64,000 nt of DNA from an uncultured Clostridia bacterium. Lineage in GTDB: Bacteria > Bacillota > Clostridia > Christensenellales > HGM11417. The stretch lies in NCBI GenBank assembly GCA_944332455.1, contig CALVJY010000010.1, positions 170-64,169 on the forward strand. Reading direction: 5' to 3'. The translations under genes and the position numbers were made by a program. A model generated the notes under the pieces. That model saw nothing but the letters and a program-made list of their open reading frames with translations. It had not been told where the DNA came from and made no database searches. Shown one piece after another: positions 8,202-16,581 of this stretch; the first letter of the stretch is position 1, and every line of letters begins with the position of its first letter.

Positions 8202-8990
8202 ATGAGATTGGACGGAGATGTGTTGGTGCAGTTCTGTCCCCGTTCTGCCAGCCAGATGATGGGCTATGCGCTGGAGGGCCGGGAGGGCGTGATCGTCATC
8301 GACGGGGGCACGCCGGCCGAGGCCGAACATCTGGAGGCCTTCTTGCTGGAGCGGGGCGGAGCGGTCGAGGCCTGGTTCCTGACCCACGCCCACTTTGACC
8401 ACATCGGCGCGGTCACCGAGATCCTCCGCCGGGGGCGGTGCAAGATCAGGACATTGTACTTCGATTTCCCGCCCCTCGGTTTTTTAAAGGAGCGGGAGGA
8501 GATCGAGAAGTCCGTCCCGGCCGCCGAGGCCTTTTGGGAGGCCGTCAAAGCTTCGGGTCAGCGGACGATCCGCACCGAAAAGGGGATGACGGCGGAGGCC
8601 GGCGGGTTCCGGATCCGGGCGCTGACCGAGGGAGGCCTGCCCGCCCGCAACATCAACGAGACCACTGTGGTCTATCGGGCGGACACCCGGGGCCAGCCCA
8701 TCCTCTTTCTCGGGGACCTGGAGGAGGACGGCGAGGCCCGCCTGATCCGGGATTTCCCTGCGGAGATCCGCTGTCCCGTCGTCCAGATGGCCCATCACGG
8801 GCAGAACGGGGTCAGCATGGACTTTTACCGCCTCGTCCGGCCCGAACTCTGCCTCTGGCCCACGCCGGACTGGCTGTGGACCAACGTGGACGGGACCGGC
8901 CCCTTCCGCACTCTGATCACCCGGCAGACGGCCGGGGAACTGGGCTGCGAAGATCTGACCTCCTTTCACGAGGACGCCTGGCTCCGCTGA
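8202..8990 (+). CDS. MBL-fold metallo-hydrolase (ComEC/Rec2-like)
   Basis: Motifs VIDGG, THAHFDH, LFLGD, AHHG. RBS GAGGAG. Confidence 0.85.
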   Translation: MRLDGDVLVQFCPRSASQMMGYALEGREGVIVIDGGTPAEAEHLEAFLLERGGAVEAWFLTHAHFDHIGAVTEILRRGRCKIRTLYFDFPPLGFLKEREEIEKSVPAAEAFWEAVKASGQRTIRTEKGMTAEAGGFRIRALTEGGLPARNINETTVVYRADTRGQPILFLGDLEEDGEARLIRDFPAEIRCPVVQMAHHGQNGVSMDFYRLVRPELCLWPTPDWLWTNVDGTGPFRTLITRQTAGELGCEDLTSFHEDAWLR

Positions 8991-9493
8991 CCCGCCGGCG
9001 GGACAAGCGCCCTCGGGCGATCTGTCGGGACCGTTCCAACAAAATCCGCCCTTCACGGGTGGCCGTTTTTCGAAGGGAAAGAGGGAGGCGGAAAGAAAAG
9101 TCAAAAGAGGAGAGGCTTTTTGATCGCGGCCGATCTCTTGTTAATCGGGCGGGGAAAGCGAAGGGTCAGAAAGAGAGAGGCGTTGAAACAAGAAAAGGGT
9201 CAGAAGAAGGGGAGAGAAAGAAGAGAGGAGAGCGTTGGAGAGAGAAAGAGAAAAACCGGACCGGCGCGTGTCGGCCTTTTTTCTTACTCAAAGACCGATG
9301 GGGATCCAGGTCAGTTCCGGGCCTTCGGCCCGAAGCGTCAGAAAGTGAGGAGAGGAAAAAAGAGGGGAGAGCGTCAGAAAGAGAAGAAGAAGAGTGGAGG
9401 GACCGGCGGTGCCGGTCTTTTTTTCTTGCCCGGGAACCTTTTTCCGGGGCGGAAAACACACATAAAAAGCGGGGGAAGAGGCATACTAGGGGC

Positions 9494-10024
9494 ATGATCG
9501 CGCTGCTGATCGTCCTCGCGGCGATCCTCTTTCTGCTGCTGTTTCCCTTCCGCATCCGGGCGGCGGCCTTTGCCGACCTGCTGGCGGTGGAGGCCGACAT
9601 CGACCTGTCGGTGTTCTTTTTCCACCTCCGCCGGAAGCTGGTCTTCGAGAGGGGGAACTTTTTCCTCTGCACCGAGGACACGGCCACCCGCCTGCTCTTC
9701 CGGAACCGCCCCTCCCCGGCCGGAGAGGCCCTCAAAAAGAGCCTGATCTTCGGGGGCGGCTGGGTCATCACCCTGTTCGGGCACGACGACCTGGCCAAGG
9801 CCGTGGGGGTGTCCGCCCTCCTGAAGGCGGCCGGCGGTGCGCTGTCCGGGTTTTTACGAGCGCAGAAGGTCCCCTTTTTCACCCTCTCGCGGATGAACTT
9901 TTCCCCCGATCCCGTCCTGCGATTGCAGGGCTCGGCGGTGCTGACCTTTCAGCTTTGGCGCTTTCTGGCCGCCCTGATCGCCGAACTTTTCGCCTTTCGG
10001 CGGACCGGGCGGGCCGGAGCCTGA
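9494..10024 (+). CDS. YtfI-like sporulation membrane protein (DUF2953-like)
   Basis: N-terminal TM 'MIALLIVLAAILFLLLFPFRI'. Sits upstream of ytfJ as in the conserved ytfI-ytfJ-dacB-rluB order. Confidence 0.6.
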   Translation: MIALLIVLAAILFLLLFPFRIRAAAFADLLAVEADIDLSVFFFHLRRKLVFERGNFFLCTEDTATRLLFRNRPSPAGEALKKSLIFGGGWVITLFGHDDLAKAVGVSALLKAAGGALSGFLRAQKVPFFTLSRMNFSPDPVLRLQGSAVLTFQLWRFLAALIAELFAFRRTGRAGA

Positions 10025-10027
10025 TCC

Positions 10028-10332
10028 GGCAGGAACTTATTGCAGGAACTTTTGATCATTTGACCGCACGGCCCGGAGTGGGCGTACAGAGGTGCCTCAG
10101 GCACCGGGCAAACCGGCCGGAAGGCAGGGCTTTGCCGCTCTGTTTAAGACGAAGGTATCCGGCACCATACCTGCATAACGGTAAAAAACTCATTGCGGGA
10201 ACTTTTGATCATTTGACCGTACGGCCCGGAGTGGGCGTGCAAAAGTGCCTTGGGCACTTGCCCGGAGTGGGCGTACAGGATGTGCCTCAGGCACTGGCCC
10301 GGAGTGGGCGTATAGAAGTGCCTCAGGCACCA
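10028..10332. repeat. Family A module copies, including ~36-bp unit CCCGGAGTGGGCGTA...GTGCC-GGCAC x3
   Basis: GGAACTTTTGATCATTTGACCG.ACGGCCCGGAGTGGGCGT occurs twice (~10045, ~10198). Short units at ~10225, 10261 and 10298. Confidence 0.85.
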
Positions 10333-10345
10333 AGGAGTGAATGTT

Positions 10346-10726
10346 ATGGAAAATCGCATCGAAGAAGTCATGTCCACGGCGCTGCGCAGCGTGCGCGACC
10401 TGGCGGACGTCAACACGGTGGTGGGCCGGCCCTTTACGCTGGCCGACGGCCGCACGGCCATCCCGGTCTCCAAGGTGACCGTGGGGATTTTGACCGGGGG
10501 CGGGGAATACGGCACCGCCCACCTCAAAAAGCAGGAGGATTATCCCTTTTCGGGGGGCGGCGGCGCAGCGGTCTCGCTCACGCCCATGGGCTTTCTGATC
10601 GCCGGCGGGGACGGGGTGCGCATGATGCCCGCCCAGGAGAACGCCGGGCCCTTTGACAAGCTGTTCGACGCGGCCTCGGGAGTGGTGGAAAAATGGAGCA
10701 AAAAACAACAGTCGCGGGAAAACTAG
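10346..10726 (+). CDS. ytfJ: Sporulation protein YtfJ/GerW family
   Basis: 'DVNTVVGRP...AIPVSKV..G...GGGEY', 'FSGGGGAAVSLTPMGFL'. RBS AAGGAG. Confidence 0.9.
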   Translation: MENRIEEVMSTALRSVRDLADVNTVVGRPFTLADGRTAIPVSKVTVGILTGGGEYGTAHLKKQEDYPFSGGGGAAVSLTPMGFLIAGGDGVRMMPAQENAGPFDKLFDAASGVVEKWSKKQQSREN

Positions 10727-10740
10727 CCCTCCGGGCGGGC

Positions 10741-12114
10741 ATGATCCTGCTTGGCCTGCTGTTTGCCGCACTGCTGGTGCTGTGCCAGTCTCCCCGCTCC
10801 TTTTTCGGGGAGGACGGCCATCGTGAGGCCCCCGCGCCCGCCGAGCAGACCGATCTTCCGGAGGGGGAGGGCTTTGAGGAGGACTGCCCTTCGGGTACGG
10901 TCCAGGCCTTCGGCGCGGGCAGCCCGGTCTGTCCGGTCTTTTTGCCGGCGGACGGCCCCGGATCCGAAGGCGGGAAAGAGGGGATCGGCGGCGCTCCGGC
11001 CTGCCCGAACGCGACCCGGGCCGAAGCCTGTTCCGGCGAGCTGTTGAACGGGAGGAGCGGGGAAGTATTTCCCGCGGTCTCGGTCCCGGCCGGAAGTTCG
11101 GCCGTGGTGCTGGAGCGGGACAGCCTGCGGGTGCTGTACGAGCGGGAGGCCTACGTCCGCCGGCCCATGGCCAGCACCACCAAGATCGTCACCGCCCTGG
11201 TCGCCCTGCAGGTCTGTCCCGACCTCGACCGAAAGCGGGAGATCCCCGCCTCCGCCGTGGGGGTGGAAGGCTCCAGCATCTACCTCCGCAAGGGGGAGCA
11301 CTTAAGCATGCGGGAACTGCTGTACGGGCTGATGCTGCGCTCGGGCAACGACGCGGCGGTGGCCGTGGCCGAACTCTGCGCGGGCAGCGTGGAGGAGTTC
11401 GTGCTGATGATGAACCGGGCGGCGGCCGACCTCGGCTGCACGGACACCCACTTCTGCAATCCGCACGGCCTGCACCATCCCGATCACTACACCACGGCCT
11501 ACGATCTGGCCGTGCTGACCGCCGCCGCCATGAAAGACCCCGTCTTCCGGGAGATCGTCGGCACCCGGAAGATCACCATCTCCAACGAGGGCTTCGACTA
11601 CGACCGGCTGCTGGTCAACAAGAACAAGATGCTTGCCAGCCTGCCCGGGGCCACCGGCGTCAAGACCGGTTACACCAAGGCGGCCGGGCGGTGCCTGGTG
11701 TCCTCCTGCGAGCGGGAGGGCATGGAGTGCATCTCGGTGGTCCTGAACTGCGGGCCCATGTGGGAGGTCTCCGCGGCGCTTTTGGAGGAGGCCCTGCAAA
11801 ACTTCCGGATGACCGACCTTCTGGCTCCCTACGAGGGGGTGGGGGAGCTGACAAAGGGGGAGGAGCGCCTGCCCCTTTACTGCCGGGAGAAATTCGCCTT
11901 TCCTTTGCGCGAGGGGGAAAAAGAGGAGCTCTCCTTCCGGCTGGAAACCGGGGAGGGCCCCTTCGATCCCGGCGAATCGGTGGGAAAAATTAAAATTTAC
12001 CTCGGGAATGACTTGATTTTTTCGGCAAAATTGTATACCATGGAAGAGATCGAACAGCGGGACTTCCTCTCGGCCCTGTTCCGGATCCTCCGGAGGTGGC
12101 GGCCCGGGCGGTAG
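10741..12114 (+). CDS. dacB: D-alanyl-D-alanine carboxypeptidase (DacB-like, peptidase S11)
   Basis: SxxK (ASTTK), SxN (SGNDAA) and KTG (VKTGYT) motifs, with a signal/TM segment. Start codon uncertain. Confidence 0.85.
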   Translation: MILLGLLFAALLVLCQSPRSFFGEDGHREAPAPAEQTDLPEGEGFEEDCPSGTVQAFGAGSPVCPVFLPADGPGSEGGKEGIGGAPACPNATRAEACSGELLNGRSGEVFPAVSVPAGSSAVVLERDSLRVLYEREAYVRRPMASTTKIVTALVALQVCPDLDRKREIPASAVGVEGSSIYLRKGEHLSMRELLYGLMLRSGNDAAVAVAELCAGSVEEFVLMMNRAAADLGCTDTHFCNPHGLHHPDHYTTAYDLAVLTAAAMKDPVFREIVGTRKITISNEGFDYDRLLVNKNKMLASLPGATGVKTGYTKAAGRCLVSSCEREGMECISVVLNCGPMWEVSAALLEEALQNFRMTDLLAPYEGVGELTKGEERLPLYCREKFAFPLREGEKEELSFRLETGEGPFDPGESVGKIKIYLGNDLIFSAKLYTMEEIEQRDFLSALFRILRRWRPGR

Positions 12115-12135
12115 CTCCCGGAAGGACGGCTTTCC

Positions 12136-12852
12136 ATGCGCATCAACAAATTTCTGGCCGAGTGCGGCCTGGGCTCCCGCAGGTCCTGCGAGTCGCTGAT
12201 CACCGAGGGCAAGGTCCGCCTGAACGGCAAAACCGCAGGTTTGGGCGAGGACGTGGATCCCGAGCGGGACGTCGTGACGGTCTCCGGCCGCCGGGTCACC
12301 CCGCCCCGCAAGTACACCTACCTGATGTTCCACAAGCCCAAGGGCTGCGTGACCACGGCCTCGGACGACCTGGGCCGCAAGACGGTCATGGACTACATCG
12401 ACCTGACCCACGTTAGGGTGTATCCCGTGGGCCGGCTGGACTACGACACCGAGGGGCTGCTGCTTCTGACCAACGACGGGGACCTGGCCCAGACCCTCAC
12501 CCACCCCAGCCATCACATCGGCAAGACCTATGCCGTCCGCGTGGCCGGCCGGGTGGAGCCCGCCCAGCTGGAGGCTCTGCGGGAGGGGGTCCGGCTGGAC
12601 GACGGGGACCTCACCGCCCCCGCCGAAGTCACGGTCCTTGAAGAGGGGACGGACAGCACCCGGCTGGAGATCACCATCTACGAGGGCAAAAATCGCCAGA
12701 TCAGGCGGATGCTGGAGGCCGTGGGCAAAAAGGTCACCTTCTTAAAGCGCACCGGCCTGGGCGATCTCCGGCTGGGCGGCCTGCCCCGGGGCAAGTACCG
12801 CTACCTGAACCCCAAAGAGATCGAGGCCCTGAAAAAGCTCGGGGAGGAGTGA
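12136..12852 (+). CDS. rluB: rRNA pseudouridine synthase, RsuA/RluB family
   Basis: S4 domain 'MRINKFLAECGLGSRR', catalytic 'GRLDYDTEGLLLLTNDG'. Confidence 0.88.
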   Translation: MRINKFLAECGLGSRRSCESLITEGKVRLNGKTAGLGEDVDPERDVVTVSGRRVTPPRKYTYLMFHKPKGCVTTASDDLGRKTVMDYIDLTHVRVYPVGRLDYDTEGLLLLTNDGDLAQTLTHPSHHIGKTYAVRVAGRVEPAQLEALREGVRLDDGDLTAPAEVTVLEEGTDSTRLEITIYEGKNRQIRRMLEAVGKKVTFLKRTGLGDLRLGGLPRGKYRYLNPKEIEALKKLGEE

Positions 12853-12880
12853 AGAGGGGGGAGAAGCTAAAATTAGTTTG

Positions 12881-12920
12881 AGAGCCGAGCAAGGACGTTT
12901 TCCTCTTGCTCGGCTCTTTT
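12881..12920. terminator. Intrinsic terminator after rluB (possibly bidirectional)
   Basis: AGAGCCGAGCAAG...CTTGCTCGGCTCT followed by TTT. Confidence 0.8.
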
Positions 12921-12982
12921 ATTGCATGTAAGTGTACTGTGAGTTCTGTATGTAACGATTTAGTTTTTATTCCGGACTTTTG

Positions 12983-14026
12983 TTACTTTTGTGAAAAGTA
13001 TAATAATGATTGATTTATACTATCTTTTAAAACTTGAATATTAAATTCCTTATAGAGGATTTTCATGCGCTTTAAAAAATCTTTATCAGAAGTAATCAAA
13101 TAGCAACTGTCTCTTTTAGTTGAGCTAACATGGTTTTTTATGTAGTCTAAATACATTCTCATGATAAACAAATCTATGTAATTATTTGCTAAAAATACAT
13201 CATCATTAATAAAAATATCACGCAATTCAAATTCAATAATTTTTTCTTCAAATTTATCAATATTTCCTAAATCGAGGTTTTTCTTTATTACATTTATAGC
13301 GCTATTTTGAATTTGTTCATCAGATAAATTACTCAATGCAGGAATCTGTTTCTTCATTTCAGAAATGCGTAATTTTAAAAGGTTCTCCTCTATGTTGGTG
13401 GGGCACGATGAATTAAAATCTATATTTGAAAGAATAAATAAAGAATCTTTCGAATCTAGATTTATATAACTGAGCCATACATTGTATCGAATAATATCTC
13501 TTATGTTTTTATATGTTTTTTTAATATTCTTTTCTTGTAGAGAGTTTGAATTTTTTAATTTAAAAAGTTCGTTTTCAATAGTGACTGAAAGCCTACTGCG
13601 TACTATACTTATAAGCTCTCTTAAAGTTATATCGTCAAATTGAAATGCTTTTAATCTAGAATAAATGTGTTGAAGATAATACCAAATAACCATAAGCCGA
13701 TTGACAATATTGCGTTTTAGTTCAGCAATAATAGGCTTACTTAACTCTTCGAAAAAATCGTTAAAAGAGAGATTATAACCTGTAAAATCCTTATCTGACA
13801 ATTTAAACGAATCACTTATATGAATCTTAAAACCATCAAAATTTTTTTTTAAATATTTTACTGTATCCTTGTATCCATCTAATCCTTTTTGATTAATAAT
13901 TTCAAATACTGAATAGGCAGAAAAAATAATTTTGCTGGTTTTTAAATCTGTTTGAAACGCCCTATTTAAAATAGGATTTTTTTCAACAATATAATTAATA
14001 ATACATGTATCTAAATATAACAGCAT
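12983..14026 (-). CDS. AT-rich orphan, PIN-domain-like protein (347 aa)
   Basis: RBS AAGGGG. N-terminal 'LLYLDTCII...IIFSAYSVFEII' and C-terminal 'NYIDLFI...YLITSDKDF' match PIN acidic motifs around a long helical insert. Strongly AT-rich versus its flanks. Confidence 0.6.
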   Translation of the reverse strand: MLLYLDTCIINYIVEKNPILNRAFQTDLKTSKIIFSAYSVFEIINQKGLDGYKDTVKYLKKNFDGFKIHISDSFKLSDKDFTGYNLSFNDFFEELSKPIIAELKRNIVNRLMVIWYYLQHIYSRLKAFQFDDITLRELISIVRSRLSVTIENELFKLKNSNSLQEKNIKKTYKNIRDIIRYNVWLSYINLDSKDSLFILSNIDFNSSCPTNIEENLLKLRISEMKKQIPALSNLSDEQIQNSAINVIKKNLDLGNIDKFEEKIIEFELRDIFINDDVFLANNYIDLFIMRMYLDYIKNHVSSTKRDSCYLITSDKDFLKRMKILYKEFNIQVLKDSINQSLLYFSQK

Positions 14027-14055
14027 ATTCCCCTTAGCATAGTTATAACTTTGTT

Positions 14056-15018
14056 TTAAAGGTCCTCGTGGTGGCTGCGGAAACCCTCGCCGTACACCGC
14101 GCGGGCGTCGTTGACGATCATAAAGGCGGCGGGGTCCTCCTCCCGGACGATGTCCCGCAGGCTGGGGTAAAGGTGTTTGCGGACGGCCACCAGCAGGATC
14201 TTTTTGTTCCGGCCGGTGTAGCCGCCCACGCCCTCCACGTCGGTCACCCCGATGTCCAGCTCGGAGAGGATGCGGGCCCGGATGCCGTCGGGGATCTCGC
14301 TGACGATGTAGACGAATTTTTCGCCCTGGCCGCCGTATAGAATGGCGTCCATCACCACACTGTAGATGAGGATGCCGAAGGAGGCGTACAGGCCGATGGC
14401 GATGTCCTGAAAGACCGCCGCCGAGGCCGCCGCCACCAAAAAGTCCACCGCCAGAAAGATGCGGCCCACGCTCAGGTGCCGCCACCGCTTGTGGATCAGG
14501 GCCACCACGATGTCCAGCCCGCCGGTGGTGCAGCCCCGGCTGAACACCAGCCCCAGCCCCGCGCCGGAGAGCAGCCCCCCGAACAGGGAAGCCAGAAAGA
14601 GGTCTCCGGTGACCGCCTCCACCCCGAACAGTCCGGCGATCCAGGAGATCAGGTCGGTCAGCAGGGAGAGCATTACCGTGGCGTAGACGGTGGAAAACAA
14701 AAACTGTCGTCCGAATTTGATCAGCCCCACGATCAGCAGGGGGATGTTCAGGATCAGAAGCAGCAGGCCGGTGTTCAGGGGCAAGAGCTTGTTTAAGATG
14801 ATGGCCACGCCGGACAGCCCGCCGGGGGCCAGACGGTTGGGGTCGAGAAAGAGGGCGATCCCCGCGGCCAGCAGAAAGCAGCCCAGGGTGATGATCAGAA
14901 GATCGGTCACGATCTCCTTTCCGCTCTTTCTGCGGCCGGCGGCGCCCGAAGTTTCTGCTGACGTTCGCTGTCCGGCGGCAACCGGATCTCCGGCTCCGGG
15001 CAGATCTTTTTCGTTCAT
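14056..15018 (-). CDS. YitT family membrane protein (DUF161/DUF2179)
   Basis: 'LAPGGLSGVAI', 'GCTTGGLDI', C-terminal 'GVTDVEGVGGYTG...EEDPAAF'. RBS AAGGAGG before ATG 15018. Confidence 0.9.
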   Translation of the reverse strand: MNEKDLPGAGDPVAAGQRTSAETSGAAGRRKSGKEIVTDLLIITLGCFLLAAGIALFLDPNRLAPGGLSGVAIILNKLLPLNTGLLLLILNIPLLIVGLIKFGRQFLFSTVYATVMLSLLTDLISWIAGLFGVEAVTGDLFLASLFGGLLSGAGLGLVFSRGCTTGGLDIVVALIHKRWRHLSVGRIFLAVDFLVAAASAAVFQDIAIGLYASFGILIYSVVMDAILYGGQGEKFVYIVSEIPDGIRARILSELDIGVTDVEGVGGYTGRNKKILLVAVRKHLYPSLRDIVREEDPAAFMIVNDARAVYGEGFRSHHEDL

Positions 15019-15301
15019 GCCGATCCCTCCTTTTTCAGCCTGTTCTTTAAAATCATACCCCATTATTATAGCACATTTTGGAAAAAAACGGAACCGAAAC
15101 TTTCCTCTTCCCCAAAAGAGGGGGAGGGACGGGCTCTGTTTTGTGCCGGTCTTTTATAAACGGCCTCAACGGTTGCTTTGGGGAAGGCGCTGTTTTCCGG
15201 GAATTGTACCCCGGCGGCTGAAAGGCACGGGGCTGCAATTGCAGGGGAAAGGCGCAGCTTTTTGAAAATGACACACTCAAACGGCTGACAGGGGGCGGAG
15301 G

Positions 15302-16342
15302 TCACTCGGTCTCGAAGCGGGTGGGGATGAAGGTCTCGGCCGGGACTTCCTTTCCGGTCAGGCGGTCGAACAGGGTGCGGGCGGCGGTAAAGCCGATGCC
15401 GTAGCCGTCCTGGGTGATGGTGGGAATTTTTAGCCCCAGCAGGTCCAGGGTGTAGGCCGACTCGTTGTCGATGAGCACCATGCCGAAGTCCCGCCCGGGC
15501 GTCCGTCCCAGCCGGCGGAAGGCGGCCAGCACGGCGTCGGCGGACTGTCCGCTGCCGCAGATGATGCCGGTCACGGAGGGGTGTTCCCGGAAAAATTCGG
15601 TAAAATACTCCACCGTCTGGGCGTGGCTGAGGTTCTCGGTAAAAAAGTTGTGCCGGTTGATGGTCCCCAAAAAGTCTAAAAGCCCCTGCTCGAAACCCCG
15701 CAGCCTTAGCTGCAGGGAGGAGGCCCGGGGCTGGGGGCTGACCAGAAAGACGATGTCCCGGTGTCCCTTTTGGGCCAGATAGCGCACGGCCTGGTAGGTG
15801 ATGTCGAAGTGATCGGAGGACACGCAGGGAAAATCCAGCCCGGGCAGCCGCCAGTCCACAAAGACCACCGGGGTCTTGCGCAAAGACAGCCTGAGCATTT
15901 CGTCGCTGTAGCTGCCGAAATCCAGGGGCATCAGCATCAGCCCGTCGCACTTCAGGTCCCGGGCGGTGCGGATGGCCTTATCCTCCAGCCCGGGGTTCAG
16001 GCAGGAGAACAGCACGGCAAAGTCAAGTTCGTTCCGGCTGCAAAAGTCAGTCATGCCCCGGATCAGCTCCCGCATGTAGGCCGAGCCGGCGTCCGGGGCC
16101 AGAAAGGCCAGGGTGCGGGGGGTGCCGGGCGAGGGTTCGCGGATAAAGCTGCCCTTGCCCTGCATGCGGACGATCAGGCCCCGCTCCTCCAGGTTGCCCA
16201 ACGCGGTGCGCACCGTCACCCGGCTGGCCTTGAACTTGATGGCCAGCGCCTGCTCGGAGGGCAGCTTGAATCCGGGCTGGTCCCGGTGACGGACGATCTG
16301 CTCTTCCAGGTAGTCCTGGATCTGACGGTAAAGTTTGGCCAT
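15302..16342 (-). CDS. GntR-family HTH fused to LacI-type sugar-binding domain (AraR-like regulator)
   Basis: 'KLPSEQALA..FKASRVTVRTAL..LE..GLIVRMQGKGSF' followed by a periplasmic-binding-fold domain. Confidence 0.9.
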   Translation of the reverse strand: MAKLYRQIQDYLEEQIVRHRDQPGFKLPSEQALAIKFKASRVTVRTALGNLEERGLIVRMQGKGSFIREPSPGTPRTLAFLAPDAGSAYMRELIRGMTDFCSRNELDFAVLFSCLNPGLEDKAIRTARDLKCDGLMLMPLDFGSYSDEMLRLSLRKTPVVFVDWRLPGLDFPCVSSDHFDITYQAVRYLAQKGHRDIVFLVSPQPRASSLQLRLRGFEQGLLDFLGTINRHNFFTENLSHAQTVEYFTEFFREHPSVTGIICGSGQSADAVLAAFRRLGRTPGRDFGMVLIDNESAYTLDLLGLKIPTITQDGYGIGFTAARTLFDRLTGKEVPAETFIPTRFETE

Positions 16343-16359
16343 GGCGACCTCCTCCCTCT

Positions 16360-16388
16360 ATCATAAACCAACCGCGGGATTTTGTCAA
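16360..16388 (-). promoter_or_regulatory. Sigma-A promoter of the GntR regulator
   Basis: Minus strand TTGACA-17-TATGAT. Confidence 0.75.
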
Positions 16389-16460
16389 CGGTTTTGCTCA
16401 AAAACCATACAACTTAGACAAGATATTCGGCTCCGGGGCGATTTTCTTTGAAAAACCCCC

Positions 16461-16489
16461 TTGACAAGCTTCCAGCTTCGTGATAAAGT
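16461..16489 (+). promoter_or_regulatory. Probable sigma-A promoter of the GH38 gene
   Basis: TTGACA-17-TAAAGT with TG extension. Confidence 0.6.
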
Positions 16490-16581
16490 ATGAAGAGAGG
16501 AAAATTTCGGCGGAAGAGGTCGGAGCCCTTTCCGGCTCTTCTTCGGGTTGTCCTATTTTTTCAATACAAGTTGAGGTGCGC

